A DNA stretch of 45,220 bases, counting the filler, from Okamejei kenojei (taxonomy: Eukaryota): the NCBI GenBank assembly GCA_035221665.1. It is 2 parts of 2 records of this genome, joined end to end, with 100 filler letters (N's around TTAATTAATTAA, not from the genome) between each part and the next. Parts side by side here need not be neighbours in the genome. Positions count along the whole stretch, not along the records: positions 1 to 20,850 come from CM069169.1; 1 more part is not named here. One strand, written 5' to 3'. Position 1 is the first letter of the stretch. Each line of letters opens with the position of its first letter. Shown piece after piece: positions 1-11,492 of this stretch. A program made the position numbers and the translations under genes. The notes under the pieces are model-generated. The model did not search any database, was not told the DNA's origin, and saw nothing but the letters and a program-made list of their open reading frames with translations.

Positions 1-18
1 CGCGGCCCGAGCGGCGCC

Positions 19-36
19 ATGGACAGCCGGCGCTGA
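19..36 (+). promoter_or_regulatory. Upstream ORF (MDSRR*) in a strong Kozak context
   Basis: gccATGg at 16-22; ATG GAC AGC CGG CGC TGA, ending 67 nt before the main ATG at 104. Whether it lies in the mRNA is not shown. Confidence 0.5.
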
Positions 37-103
37 GGCGGCGTGTGAGGGAGAGGGAGAGGCAGAGCGACCGACCGACCGACGGCCGGGGAGGCAGCCA
101 GCT

Positions 104-286
104 ATGGAGCGGGCAGCCGGGGTCGGGGCCGCCGTGTGGCTGTGGGCGCTGCTGGCGGCGGCGGTGGCGGCGGTGGCGAGCGGCGGGCCGAGCGTCTACA
201 CCAACACCTGGGCCGTGCAGGTGGCGGGCGGGCGGCAGCAGGCGGAGCGGCTCGCCCGGGAACACGGCTTCATCTACCTGGGCCAG
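104..286 (+). CDS. First coding exon of a furin-like subtilisin/kexin proprotein convertase (FURIN/PCSK4/PCSK5 group): signal peptide + start of prodomain
   Basis: MERAAGVGAAVWLWALLAAAVAAVASGG (hydrophobic signal) then VYTNTWAVQVAGGRQQAERLAREHGFIYLGQ, matching the PCSK prodomain start (furin VFTNTWAV...ARKHGFLNLGQ). Phase-0 donor CAG|GTGAGC at 286/287, where this exon ends in the family. Exon 2 was not found before the join. Confidence 0.9.
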
Positions 287-330
287 GTGAGCGAGCGGGA
301 CAGGTGGGCTTCTCCGGGCAGCCGGGCCGG

Positions 331-700
331 CATCTCCAACTGCCCCGGCCCCGGCCCCCGGCCTCCGGCCTCCGGCCCCCGGCTGACATCTCCAACTACC
401 CCCGGCCCCGGGCCCCGGCCCCCGGCTGACATCTCCAACTCCCCCCGGCCCCCGGCCCCCGGCTCCCCCGGCTGACATCCATAACTACCCCCGGCCCCCG
501 GCCCCCCCGGCCCCCGGCTGACATCCACAACTACCCCCGGCCCCCGGCCCCCGGCTGACATCTCCAACTGCCCCGGCCCCGGCCCCCGGCCCCCCCCGGG
601 CTGACATCTCCAACTACCCCCGGCCCCCGGCCCCCGGGCTGACATCCACAACTACCCCCGGCCCCGGCCCCCGGCTGACATCCACAACTACCCCCGGCTC
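331..700. repeat. GC-rich minisatellite, about 9 units of about 35-55 bp (GGCTGACATCTCCAACTAC + variable CCCCGG/CCCCCGG runs)
   Basis: The core (ga)catc(t)cca(c/t)aac recurs near 331, 386, 427, 474, 520, 557, 603, 641 and 677. Confidence 0.9.
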
Positions 701-797
701 CAGGTACTCCAAGCCTGGGCAGCATCGTCCACACACACCCTCACACTGGGTGAAGTTAGTTTGATCGATTCATGTCACTCTGAACTTCTAAATTCAT

Positions 798-1148
798 GCT
801 AAACTTCTAATAACGTGTAATCAACTTGTTTATAGGACTGACACAAACCCTGAGTTGTTTACTTCGAAGTTAGTGACAGCGACTAATGTCAGGGTTTGTG
901 ACAGTGTCAAGTTGATTAATATTTTCCAAAATAATGTTAATCTAATAATAATGTGTAATCGACTTGTTTGTAGGATTCTGACACAAATCCTGAGTTGATT
1001 TGTTAGAGAAGAAAAGTTACGGGATTCTGACACAAACCCTGAGTTGTTTTGTTAGAAGTCGGTGAGAGCGATTAATGCCCCTGCAAACTTCTAATAACGT
1101 GAAATCAACTTGTTCATAGATTACTGACACAAACCCCGAGTTGTTTAG
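798..1148. repeat. Imperfect local repeat with core CTGACACAAACCCTGAGTTG(T)TT, four direct copies plus one inverted copy
   Basis: Direct copies near 838, 978, 1027 and 1124; inverted copy GTCAGGGTTTGTGACAG at 888-904. Confidence 0.75.
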
Positions 1149-1561
1149 TTTCCTTCTGTCCTGTTAAATTGCCACAACGAATTCACGTCGTCACTTTAAG
1201 TGCCCTTTATTTTTGCAAGAGCCCCTGTGGGAGACATGTTTTTCGCCTGGTTCAATTTGCTTCCCCCTCCCCGTAACACATAATTTCGTTCTGCGTAGAA
1301 CTGTGACCGAACAGTTCCCTATTTCTGCAAGTTCTCTGTTATTCGTCCTTGTTTGTGACATGTTGTGGCTCTGGAGGAATCATCAGTGAGTAAGGGACTT
1401 GCGTGACTGATGATGTTTGAATGCTGTGTTCTTCCTACGTTCGAGGGTTGTAATTTGGGTCTTAAGGCATCAGGCTATTAAACACGACAACCTTCAAATA
1501 AGCTCTGAATTACATAGATTTGGGGGCATTAGTTTTGTCTTTTTGCGTTATTGTTTGTCTT

Positions 1562-1674
1562 TATGTATGTGTATGTGTGTGTGTATATATATGTATGTGT
1601 GTGTTTATAAATATGTATGTGTGTGTGTTTATAAATATGTATGAATATATATATGTATGGGTGTCTATATGTAT
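1562..1674. repeat. (TG)n/(TA)n compound microsatellite
   Basis: Directly visible. Confidence 0.85.
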
Positions 1675-1880
1675 GCTGGTTTAAACCGAAGATGGATACA
1701 AAAAGCTGGAGTCACTCAACAGGTCACACAGCAACTCTGGAGAAAATAAACTAGGTGACAGTTCGTGTCGAGACTCTTTCCTGACTCTCGGTCTGAAGAA
1801 AGGTCTCGACCCGAAACATCGCCTCTTCCTTTTCTCCAGGGATGCTGCCTGACCCGCTGAGTGACTCCAGCTTTTTGTGA
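1672..1880. mobile_element. Fold-back Penelope-pLTR-like element with hammerhead-like core (1793-1820)
   Basis: Left arm (aaaagctggagtcactca...) is the reverse complement of the right arm (...tgagtgactccagcttttt). Core is ctgaaga-a-aggt-ctcg-accc-gaaac-atc. Confidence 0.7.
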
Positions 1881-3030
1881 TTATATGTATCTATCTGTTA
1901 CGCTGCTGCAAGGAAGAATGTCATTGTTAAGTCTTGGACATACCACAATAAAAACAGTCTTGACTCTCTCTTGATTCTTGAAGTAGGATGTTGCTGCAGA
2001 CATTTGTGTCGAACTTGTCATTTGGGCAAATAAAGTTTGTTCTTGGTGTTCATAATTTTCACCCGCATGTCCTAAGTTACTGTCAGATATTAAAGAATCA
2101 AAGACTGAGTGTGTAACTTCCATTGGCACTGCAGATTGGGATACACATTTGTTTGAACGTTGATAATAGTTTTATTGGCTAGTGATTAGCTCTAGGAGAT
2201 TCATCTTTTTAAAGTGTGGCCTGAAAGTGTGACAATGTTCTGTTCTTGTGTGAATGAGTGGTGGTAATGATTTTTTAATTCTATCAGTAATAAGTTTGCC
2301 CTCAATCATATCTGTGGACAATGCTATTTCGTAGTTTAGTCTCATTGCCTGTTTGTTCCTTGTGATACGAATGTTGAAAACTCCTCTTCCATGAATGCAA
2401 TAGAACTGGCTTTGCCAGACTGTAATATGACTACTGTGCCACTAACATGTTGATCAATACTGCTTCAGTGTTACGGTAAAGCTGCAGTTTCATATTTTAC
2501 TGTACATTTTGTGATCTTCAACAAAATGACCCCAAAAGAAAACTCCATAGGAGCTTTAATACTTTAAAGCACAGCTATTTGTTTCAAACCTCATGTAAGC
2601 CTCAAGGTTCTGATAATTTAGACCTTTAAATTTTCTTATATATATTTTAACTACTGTATTTTCACAGTTTAAGATTTGTAATATTATTAAAGTATTTCAA
2701 TTTTTGATTAGGCGTATTTTAAGAGATTTCTATAAACTATAAATAAATAATTTTTAAATTGCTGTTCTGTCAGCTACCCTTGAAGATTTTAGTTTTTAAA
2801 GTGCAAATATTGTCATCTTTTGAAGTGTTCATCCTGAAGTGAGGCAACTGCTTTTTTTGCTTGTTACACTTTGGGTTGTTTTATGAGTACGTGTCGCAGA
2901 GAGTGACTATTTCTGTAAAAGGTGTATTCTTCATTACATCCATCTTGTTCTGGTCTGAGGGTATCTACGTCCACAAGGAATTGTAAGGCAATTCACAGCT
3001 AGATAATCCTGGAATACCCTTTCATTTCAT

Positions 3031-3211
3031 TTTTTTAAAGAAGGAACTGCAGATGCTGGAGAATCGAGGGTACACAAAAAGCGAGAAACACAGCGGGTGC
3101 AGCAGCATCTAAGGAGCGAAGGAGGTCTGAAGAAGAAGGGTCTCGACCCGAAACGTCGCCTATCTCCTTCGCTACTTAGATGCTGCTGCTGAGTTTCTCC
3201 AGCTTTTTGTG
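3031..3211. mobile_element. Fold-back Penelope-pLTR-like element with hammerhead core (3127-3157) and 27-bp TSD
   Basis: TAATCCTGGAATACCCTTTCATTTCAT is duplicated at 3004-3030 and 3212-3238. Arms are inverted; core is aggt-ctgaaga(aga)-agggtctcgaccc-gaaacgtc-gcct. Confidence 0.85.
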
Positions 3212-3999
3212 TAATCCTGGAATACCCTTTCATTTCATGTTGTTTGTGTGGCTGAGAAAATATGGGAAGTAGTGGGGGTCTCGATCAGAAACGTCACCCA
3301 TTTCTTCTCTCCAGAGAAGAATCAGAGAAGAGAAGAATGACCTGAAATATCGTCCGTCCATTCCCTCCACAGATGCTGCCTGACCCGCTGAATTCCTTCA
3401 GCACTTTGTGTTCTGCACCTGTTTAAAGCCAACAGTCTGTAATAATAGGGTGGGATAAATCTGCCGTCACAGTTTTTGTTTGTTTGGAAGCAATGTAACA
3501 ACGCAGCAAAGTTGGCTAGTGTGTTTCTGTTGCAGTTGGATATTTTTGTTCTGGATTGCTATCAGCTCCGGAAGGCCTGGCTTGGCCTTTCTTGTATCTT
3601 AACTCGATATCAGGGAATGTTTTTTTGGAAATGTTGTTTCTGAAACACACACTGACTGCTTGTGCAGGTGGAAGTGTTTTGCAAATTCCACAACTGGTTA
3701 GTTGTATCGCAGTACAGTCATCTTCAAAATATGATGCATCCGAAGGTGTACTTGCCATTCTATTGAGTAATTTACAGGCCATTAAATAGGATAATTGTGG
3801 TTTAACGTCATGAGTAATTTGTGGGTTTAATTGTGCCCGAAGCCATATTTGACTTTGGTAATCATTTAGGAGTGGTTTACTTTTGCACAGTCGGATTGTG
3901 AAAAGGCCATTCAGCCTCTTGAGCCTATTCTGTATTCACTGAGAACACTCATCTGCAGCCTGATACCATCACCCCTTAACCTCTTATGGGTTTTAAGGG

Positions 4000-4600
4000 T
4001 CATGAATGTTTAATTGTCAAGTGTTCAGACAGCGCAATCATGGCATTTTTTCTTGCTGCAGCTTAACAGGCCCGTAAATGTAATATACAGGTAATATATA
4101 ATACAATAAATTAATATCAGTAATGCCAAGTAGCCATAATAATGCAAAACCCAAGTCTGTAATGCAACCAAAGACACAGTCTGTAGAAAATCATAGTTAC
4201 TGTGATCAGTGTTGTGCAGCGTTCAAGAACCTGATGGTTTTTGCTGGGAAGAAGCTGTTCTTCAAACTGAAGATAAACCTAAAAAGCCGGAGTAACTCAG
4301 CGGGACAGGCAGCAAAGAGAAGGAATGGGTGACATTTCGGGTTAAGACTCTTCAGTCTGAGTTACTCCAGCTTTTTGTGTCTATCTTTGGTGTAAGCCAG
4401 CATCCGCAGTTCCTTCTGTTCTTGTTCAACGTTCTTGAAAATGGTGATCACCGTTTTCGGGCTCCTGCACCTTCTTCCTGATGGTAGCAGCGAGATGAGA
4501 GCCAGGGTAGTTTGGGTCGTGGATGGTGGCTGACTTTTTGAGGCAGTATTTCCTGTAGATCCCTTTGATGGTGGGGATGGCAGTTACCTGTGATTTCCCG
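4000..4600 (-). mobile_element. Rex1/Babar LINE 3' fragment, interrupted by a pLTR-like fold-back (about 4270-4418)
   Basis: Minus-strand translation IPTIKGIYRKYCLKKSATIHDP..PG resembles the Rex1 ORF C-terminus. Confidence 0.6.
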
Positions 4601-6387
4601 GGCAGATCCAGATGATTCAATTTTGTTCAGACACTTTTGCAGTTAATCTAAATTTATTCGCAGTGTTTATGTCAAGTTAGTTACAATTAAATAGTTCTAT
4701 TTTCTTTCTTGGTTTCTACCTCAGGAAGTTGCAGTGTTAATTGATGCAACGTTAAACCAACAAGTAACTTTTTGTTTTTCCTGCAAAGTCTTTGCACTCT
4801 GGCCAGCTGAGTCTTCCTGGCACTTTATTTAGTTTTAAAATGTCCGTTGTTTGTCTGTTTGTTGATGCTCATGTATCGTTCAATATCCTGCCGTTCAGTT
4901 TGATCAAGGTCTGATTTGGCAAGTAGCTTTTACTGACAAAATGCTTGAAGTATTTTTGAGGACTATTCAAAGCTTTCGATTCTTTGAAACAAAATTAAGG
5001 ATTAGAAATAAACCATGAATAATAGCTCAAATATTGTGGCATGTGGGGTGGGAGGGAATTATTACCTGCCCGGGTGATCATTTGCTTAGTTCATTCTGTA
5101 CCTGAGTTTACAGCTTCTGGAATGTTTAATGTTAAAACATTGCATGTATTTATAAAGTCCTGAAAGATTAAAACGTCTTGGATTAACTGGAGAGGAAAAT
5201 ATACCTTTATTAGAAACAATTAAAATCATTGGATTTTCCTGTTGCCTCTAAACTGTAATGTGGGCTGGAACACTGGGCAGGATTGTGCTCAGTTAATCGT
5301 GCATTTCATGTTGGACCCTTGCACAATTCCATCCTACCACATAGTGCTGGAGTAACTTAGTGAGTGAGGAAGCAACTGGATAAAAAGGATGGGTGATGTT
5401 TTGGGTCGGGACCCTTCTCCTGAAGTCGCTCAATTTTTTTCTCCAGAGAATCTACCTGACCCGCTGAGTTACTCCAGCACTTTGTGTTTATCCTCTTTGT
5501 ATATACCAGCATCTGCAATTCACTGCGGAACAGCCTCCCACAGCTTAAAGTTACCCACTGTTAATTACGAAATTATAAAATGCCATCTGAGATATTGCTG
5601 GAATGTCTGCCCATAACTCTGGCCTGAAATCTGTTTACCTGGCATAACGAATTATTAATTTACTTCTTTATTGATTATTGAATATTTATGTGTTATTACA
5701 TTATTTAGCCCGTTAAGCTGCAGCAAGTAAGAATTTCATTGTTCTGCTATCAGCACATATGTCAATTAAACACATTTGATTCTTATTCATGTTGTCATTG
5801 TGGAAACCACGGGTTTGCCTGATCAGTTGCTTAATGATTAAATCGGTATTGCAGCTCAACCTGATGTGTTAGCATCGCCTGAGGAGTGGGTCTTCATTTT
5901 ACAGGTATAGATGGAAATAAATAAAATCGAGCTCTCTATTGCACAAGGAAAGGCAAGATCCAGTAGTAAGTGTCCTGTTAATGTTTGTTGTAACCAGGAC
6001 GCACGTGCTCTTCTGAGTGCATTTGGAAATTCAACCCTGGATACTGATCATTTCCCGAATGTTGGTGCATGGATCCAGAGTAATTTGAGACATCATGTGA
6101 TGTGCAGTGTTTGGAAGGAACTGATGATCTTTTGGACCTTTTGCTTCAGGAAGTCGTGCATCACTGGGATTTTCTTCATATGAAACCTTGTTCTTGCCTA
6201 TTAATGGAGTGGGATTAGTCAACAGTTTCACTGTCATTGTATGACGCAAGTATTCGTGTGGTCATGTTGCGTCCTGTCAGTTTAAAGACTGGTCCCTGTT
6301 AATGCAGTTATCTCTGCAGTGCTCTGAAGTACTTGAGCAAAACACCAAGTGCTGGAGTCACTCAGCGAGTCAGGCCGCATCTGTGGA

Positions 6388-6850
6388 CAATAGGTGTAGG
6401 CCATTCGGCCTTTCGAGCCAGCACCGCCATTCACTGTGATCATGGCTGATCATCCACAATCAGTACCCCATTCCTGCCTTCTCCCCATACCCCTTGACTC
6501 CGCTATCTTTAAGAACTCTATCCAACTCTCTTGTGAAAGCATCCAGAGAATTGGGCTCCACTGCCTTCTGAGGCAGAGAATTCCACAGATTCGCAACCCT
6601 CCATGTGAAAAAGTTTTTCCTTATCTCCGTTCTAAATGGCTTGCCCCTTATTCTTAAACTGTAGCCCCTGGTTCTGGACTCCCCCAACATTGGGAGCATG
6701 TTTCCTGCCCCTGGCGTGTCCAAACCCATAATAATCTTCTATGTTTCAATAAGATCCCCCCTCATCCTTTTAAATTCCAGAGTATACAAGCCCAGCCGCT
6801 CCATTCTATCAACATATGACAGTCCTGCCATCCCAGGAATTAACCTCGGG
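6388..6850 (-). mobile_element. CR1-clade LINE 3' fragment inserted inside a pLTR-like element
   Basis: Minus ORF ...ESRTRGYSLRIRGKPFRTEIRKNFFTWRVANLWNSLPQKAVE... is the typical CR1 ORF2 C-terminus. It is flanked by the two halves of a fold-back element (about 6340-6387, 6850-7010). Confidence 0.85.
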
Positions 6851-7639
6851 AATGGGTAGGTGCACTTGAGAGAGTTCGGGCGGAGTCTGAAGCAATGTCC
6901 TGAACTGAAATATCATCTGCCCATTTCCCTCCACGGATGTTGCCTGACCTGCTGAGTTCCTCCAGCACACTGTTTTTGCTCAAGCTTCCAGCGTCTGCAA
7001 TTTCATGCGTCTCGCCCTTTAGTTCTTGTTTGGATTAATTTCAAATCTCTGGAGTGAATACAGGAGCTCTTATTGAATACGGAAAAATATATAAATATTT
7101 ATTTTAGTTGCTCTCCACCCACCCTGCAGATTTCCCTTTGACTGTGTTCACTTTCCTGGGTTAAACAAAGCCTGTGCTCATTTCCTGCAACCTCAGGAGT
7201 GGTTCCCAATAAAAACAATAGCCACTTTTCAGGGAGGAGATGGTAAGCTTGAAGCAGTGGGCTTCTAGTGTGAGTTGTCACTCAGCAGTTGGACAGTAAG
7301 CTTGTTTGCGAGTGGTTGCTGCTTTTCGAAGAGAATGTTTCTATCGGAGGACTTTAAAACAAAAAATCATGGTATCTAATATTGTAACAAATTATAACCT
7401 TAAAAGTAGTATTACTGCATTTTAAAACAAAAATGGTTGAGATGCTGAATTCTGAATTAAAAACAATGCCAGTGATACACAACCGGCGAGGTGGGATCAA
7501 TGGCATGGGAGAACTTGGGAAGTGAGAAGCCTACAAACTCCGTACAAACAACACCCATAGCCTGGATTGATGTCGGGACTCTAGCCCAGTGAGGCAACAA
7601 CTCTCCTGCTGTGCCGCCGTGCTGCCCTGTGTCCTGTGA

Positions 7640-8440
7640 AATGTTCCCCCTGTTTTGAGCACCAAATGCAATATATTGAGTAGGAGGAATTGCAAAGAAT
7701 GTACTGCTGCAAGGACTGTTCGGGTGCCTGGATGGTGGGCACAGGTGGTTGCATGTGTGCCATTGCATGGGAAGGTAGTATGGGAGGAGTGATTGATGGA
7801 GGTGAAGTGTAAAGCAGGAGAAACGGTTTGTTCAGAACGCTGAGAGGCAGGAGATGGACTATGCGATGTTGCAAACTACACATCATGATCCATTGGCGAT
7901 GGAGACTGTTGGAGTGGAAGGCGAGGACAAAAAAAACATCCTTGCTGTGGGTGGGAGAAGGTGAGAGCAGGAGTTTCGGATAATGGCGACATTCTTCTGT
8001 AAACCACGGGAAAGGAGAATCCATGTTTATTAAAACAGGAAAGTGCTGGTGTGAATCTCTTTTCCAGAACAGTTGTATCTGAGAAGGTGAAAGGTGTTCT
8101 TTATAGGAAAGTGCGGATGAAATTTGTGGACTTCTAATAGATATTGGTCAATAAGCTATCTTCTCACCTGGGCACAGGTTCCAGGAAGGGTTAGAATCAA
8201 AAGGATGTATGGGGAGGATAGAAATTGGCAATGCAGGTCAACGAGTGAGATTGAGACCTGTGCATGTTCTCATTCACTCCTTGGATTTAGACAATGCGAG
8301 TGGAATGCAAGGCAAGATTGAATTGAGGCAGGTGACGAGGCCAGCATGAAGGTGGGCTTCTGTTCCACCCAGAAGCGAAGGGTCTTCACTAATCCTGCGG
8401 TGTGATAGGTGTCTCACGTTGGATATCCTTGGTGACAATG
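7640..8440 (-). mobile_element. Degraded Penelope-like element ORF (RT-thumb/linker to start of GIY-YIG endonuclease)
   Basis: Minus ORF 7581-8024 has KDVFFVLAFH..S (cf. PLE 'R.PLVLTFHP') and TIQAPEQS..ILCNSSYSIYCIWCSK (cf. PLE 'FTCTSSN.IYCI.C..C'). The upstream boundary is approximate. Confidence 0.65.
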
Positions 8441-8487
8441 AGCTGATTGGGACAAGAACATGGACACTCTGTGAATGAGGTCATCGG

Positions 8488-8808
8488 GTTTAGTTTAGTT
8501 TTTGTTTAGAGATTCAGCGTGGAAACAGGCCCTTCGGCCCACCGGGTCCGCGCCGACCAGCGATCCCCGCACATTAACACTATCCTACACCCACTCGGGA
8601 CAATTTTTACATTTACCAAGCCAATTAACCTACAAACCTGTACGTCTTTGGAGTGTGGGAGGAAATCGAAGATTTCGGAGAAAACCCACGCAGGTCACGG
8701 GAAGAACGTACGAACTCTGTGCAGACAGCACCCGTGGTCAGGATCGAACCCGGGTCTGCGGCGCTGCATTCGCTGTAAGGCAGCAACTCTACCGCTGCGT
8801 ACCGTGTC
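8488..8808 (-). mobile_element. HE1-type tRNA-derived V-SINE, near full length
   Basis: Minus strand has an A-box-like ggtacgcagcgg, B box ggttcgatcc, V-domain-like centre, CR1-like 3' end and (CTAAA)n tail. Related partial copies lie near 7525-7632, 9535-9670, 14025-14345 (+), 16490-16567 and 20620-20850 (+). Confidence 0.8.
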
Positions 8809-11280
8809 ATGGATCTGAGTGGGAAGGGACTGAACAATGGGAGAAAGAATAGTCAAGCTGAAAGATGATATAATTTGGACCAGAGCAGGCTGAAATTAAG
8901 ACTTTCTTAATGTTATGTAATTGGCAATGGGCATGCGGGCCACTGTACCCATGGCTTTAATGCGTGATGTTTAAATCTAGCTCAGAGTACAGTCATCACT
9001 AATTGTCAGTGTCATTTTTCTCCTATACTTTGACAATACTTCCACTGTGCAGCTCTGCAGATTTCAAAGTATCAGTTTCACAGGCGGATGAAGTGTATTG
9101 ATATCCGCAAGCTGTAACATGTTCTATTTGAGGTCATTTGGTTTTATATTGTCTCATTAGCAATAACCTTGCCAGCGTGGCTGTAGGGAGAATATTTCCT
9201 CATGTAGCAGAATCTAGAATGGGGCCACTGTTTAAAGAGGGTTGCTCATTTAAACTGAAATGAGGCCCATTTTGTTTTTAAGTTACAGCGTGTGGAAAAC
9301 AGGCTCTTTGGCCCGATTCATCTATGCCATCCAAGATAGTCCAAATTGCACGGACCCAGCAAATATCCCTCTAAACCTTTCCTATCCATGTACCTGGCCA
9401 AATGGCGTTTACAGTCTTTATTCCAGAACCTTTAGAATTCTATTCCTCAACGACCAGTGCAAGCGAGTCTGACTATTTAAAAAAAAATTAAGGCAGGTGA
9501 ACTAATGGTTCAGTGGCGAGATAGGAATGTGGAGATTAGTTTAGCGTTAGACATACAGTGTGGAAATAGGCACTTCGGCCTACCGAGTCCATGCTGACCA
9601 GCAGTCACTCTGTACAGACAGCACCCGCAGTCAGGATCGAACCCATGCCTTTGTGCCACATGCCGCCCGGATTGAGGCGACCGGATGGTCATTAAGTGAG
9701 AAGCAGACGAGTGGCAAGTGGTAAATCCCTGCACCTCGTGCTTTTGTCTCCGTTCAACCCCTCAGGTCTCAGTTCAACCCCTCAAGTGCCCCAACTTACA
9801 TCAGAAGCACACAGATCAGAACCATACCCCAGTCTTGCAGAACTCAAAATAGCCTCTCCGAACGTGACTTTACACGAGCTGGAGAAAGTATATTGCTGAC
9901 AAAGGGAAACTGTCCTCTGTTAAATAGATCCAGTAAAAGTCACAGGAGCAGTGTGAATGTCCATCAGTGCACGACTGTTAGAAATGCAAGTTCAAATTCC
10001 ACCACGTTCATTAAAATGTACTTAATTTTCTTTTTTTTAAGGGTCATATCAGCAACTGTAATGATCATGTTAGAAAATGCCACTGCCTTCAGGGAAGACG
10101 AGCTGCTATATGAACCTGTTGGATCTATGTGTGGCTGTAGACTTGCAACAATGCGGTTAAACTCTGAAGTAGCTTGTTAAGCCTTCGTTGTAAAAGTTTG
10201 TTCCACCTGGGAGCACCTTCGCCTCATGATTAACAACCGTCTAAGTGGGCTTTCCACTGCAATTTTGTTCACTTTGCATTGACCTTCAAAATGAATTACG
10301 ACTGCAACAAAAATATTACATTTCCCATCATTCCAGTGTGACGGGGATTTCACTCGCTGTAACTTCAGGGAACCTGTTGAGTGAAGAAGGGTCGCGACCC
10401 GAAACGTCACCTATTCCTTTTCTCCAGAGATGCTGCCTGACCCCGCTGAGTCACGTTGAATGAGTTTTGCAGAAGGATGCAAGCTCCTATTTTTATTAGA
10501 CTGGAAACACTACTTGTGAAATTAAACCTGAATGGCAAAAATCAGCAAGTGTTTTCTTTTTACACGTTACAGAGTTGTGGCATTTTGGTTTTAACACTAA
10601 CCACGTGTAGGTGTGATATTTTAATTGTTAGAGTAAAATTTTGCACCAGTGTTAAAACAACTGTGGGAACATTTGCTTTGCTGTCATAACAGGAGCGTCA
10701 AGCTTTGCAAGCAACCTATGATTACTCTTCTCTATCACACATTGGGCTAGAATGTCACAGTGTCTTGTCATTTTGCCTCTGAAGATGCAGCTTGACATAC
10801 AATACAATACCGTTTATTGTCATTTGAACCTCAAATGAAGTGCAAACGAAATTTGGTTTCTGCAGTCATACAACAAGAAAAGAACCAAGACACACACCAA
10901 CACAATTTACACAAATATCCATCACAGTGGATCTCCTCCTCACTGTGATGGAAGGCAAAGTCTTGTCTCTCCCCTGCTCTCCATTCTTCTCCCGATGTCA
11001 AAGTCCCCGGCGGGCGATGGCTAGGCCGCGCCAGGCGATGTAAGGCCCTGCCCAGGTCTTGATGTTACCAATATTACATTGTTTTACATATGACATAACA
11101 TTATTAATATACTAATATTACATTCTTTTCACTCAATGGAATCTGTTTCTTATTACCACTAAATGCTTTCTAACTTTCCGAGAACAAAACCAGTCAAACT
11201 TTGTATGGAAAATTCTGGATGTTACAGAAAATGTAATTCTAAATTGGGATGGTATTTTAGTTCTTTTCCCATCCTTAAAA

Positions 11281-11492
11281 GTTCTTCCAAAGCAACATTT
11301 AAGTGAGAAAAAACAAATTGTCAAATAAGAGTTACTCCAAAGCAAAATTTAAATGAGAAAAAGCAAATTGTCACGGGCGAAACCATCAAGTAAACTTGAC
11401 AATTTGCTTTTTTCTCACTTAAATTTTGTTTTGGAGGAACTCTTATTTGACAATTTGCTTTTCCACACAAATTTTGTTTTGGAGGAACTCTT
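11281..11492. repeat. Fold-back: two direct copies of an ~50-bp unit, a ~23-nt loop, then two inverted copies
   Basis: ccaaagcaaaatttaa(g/a)tgagaaaaagcaaattgtca occurs twice at 11281-11373; tgacaatttgctttt...aattttgttttggaggaactctt occurs twice at 11397-11492. Confidence 0.8.

Larger units (their letters stand above)
1..330. promoter_or_regulatory. CpG island / 5' end of proprotein convertase gene
   Basis: Very GC- and CpG-rich segment overlapping the first coding exon, in contrast to the AT-rich, CpG-poor intron downstream. Confidence 0.8.

Noticed and set aside
274-734. Gly/Pro/Arg-rich ORFs and the read-through part of ORF 104-475
   Set aside because: Products of the GC-rich minisatellite. 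The real exon ends at the donor at 286/287.
8740-8808. tRNA gene
   Set aside because: The A/B boxes belong to the tRNA-derived head of an HE1-type SINE; no cloverleaf is evident.
10919-10951. CACAGTG...CACTGTG heptamer pair suggesting a D segment
   Set aside because: Orientation is opposite to that flanking a D segment and there are no nonamers. It is an 11-bp hairpin in a repeat-like context in the non-TCR block.
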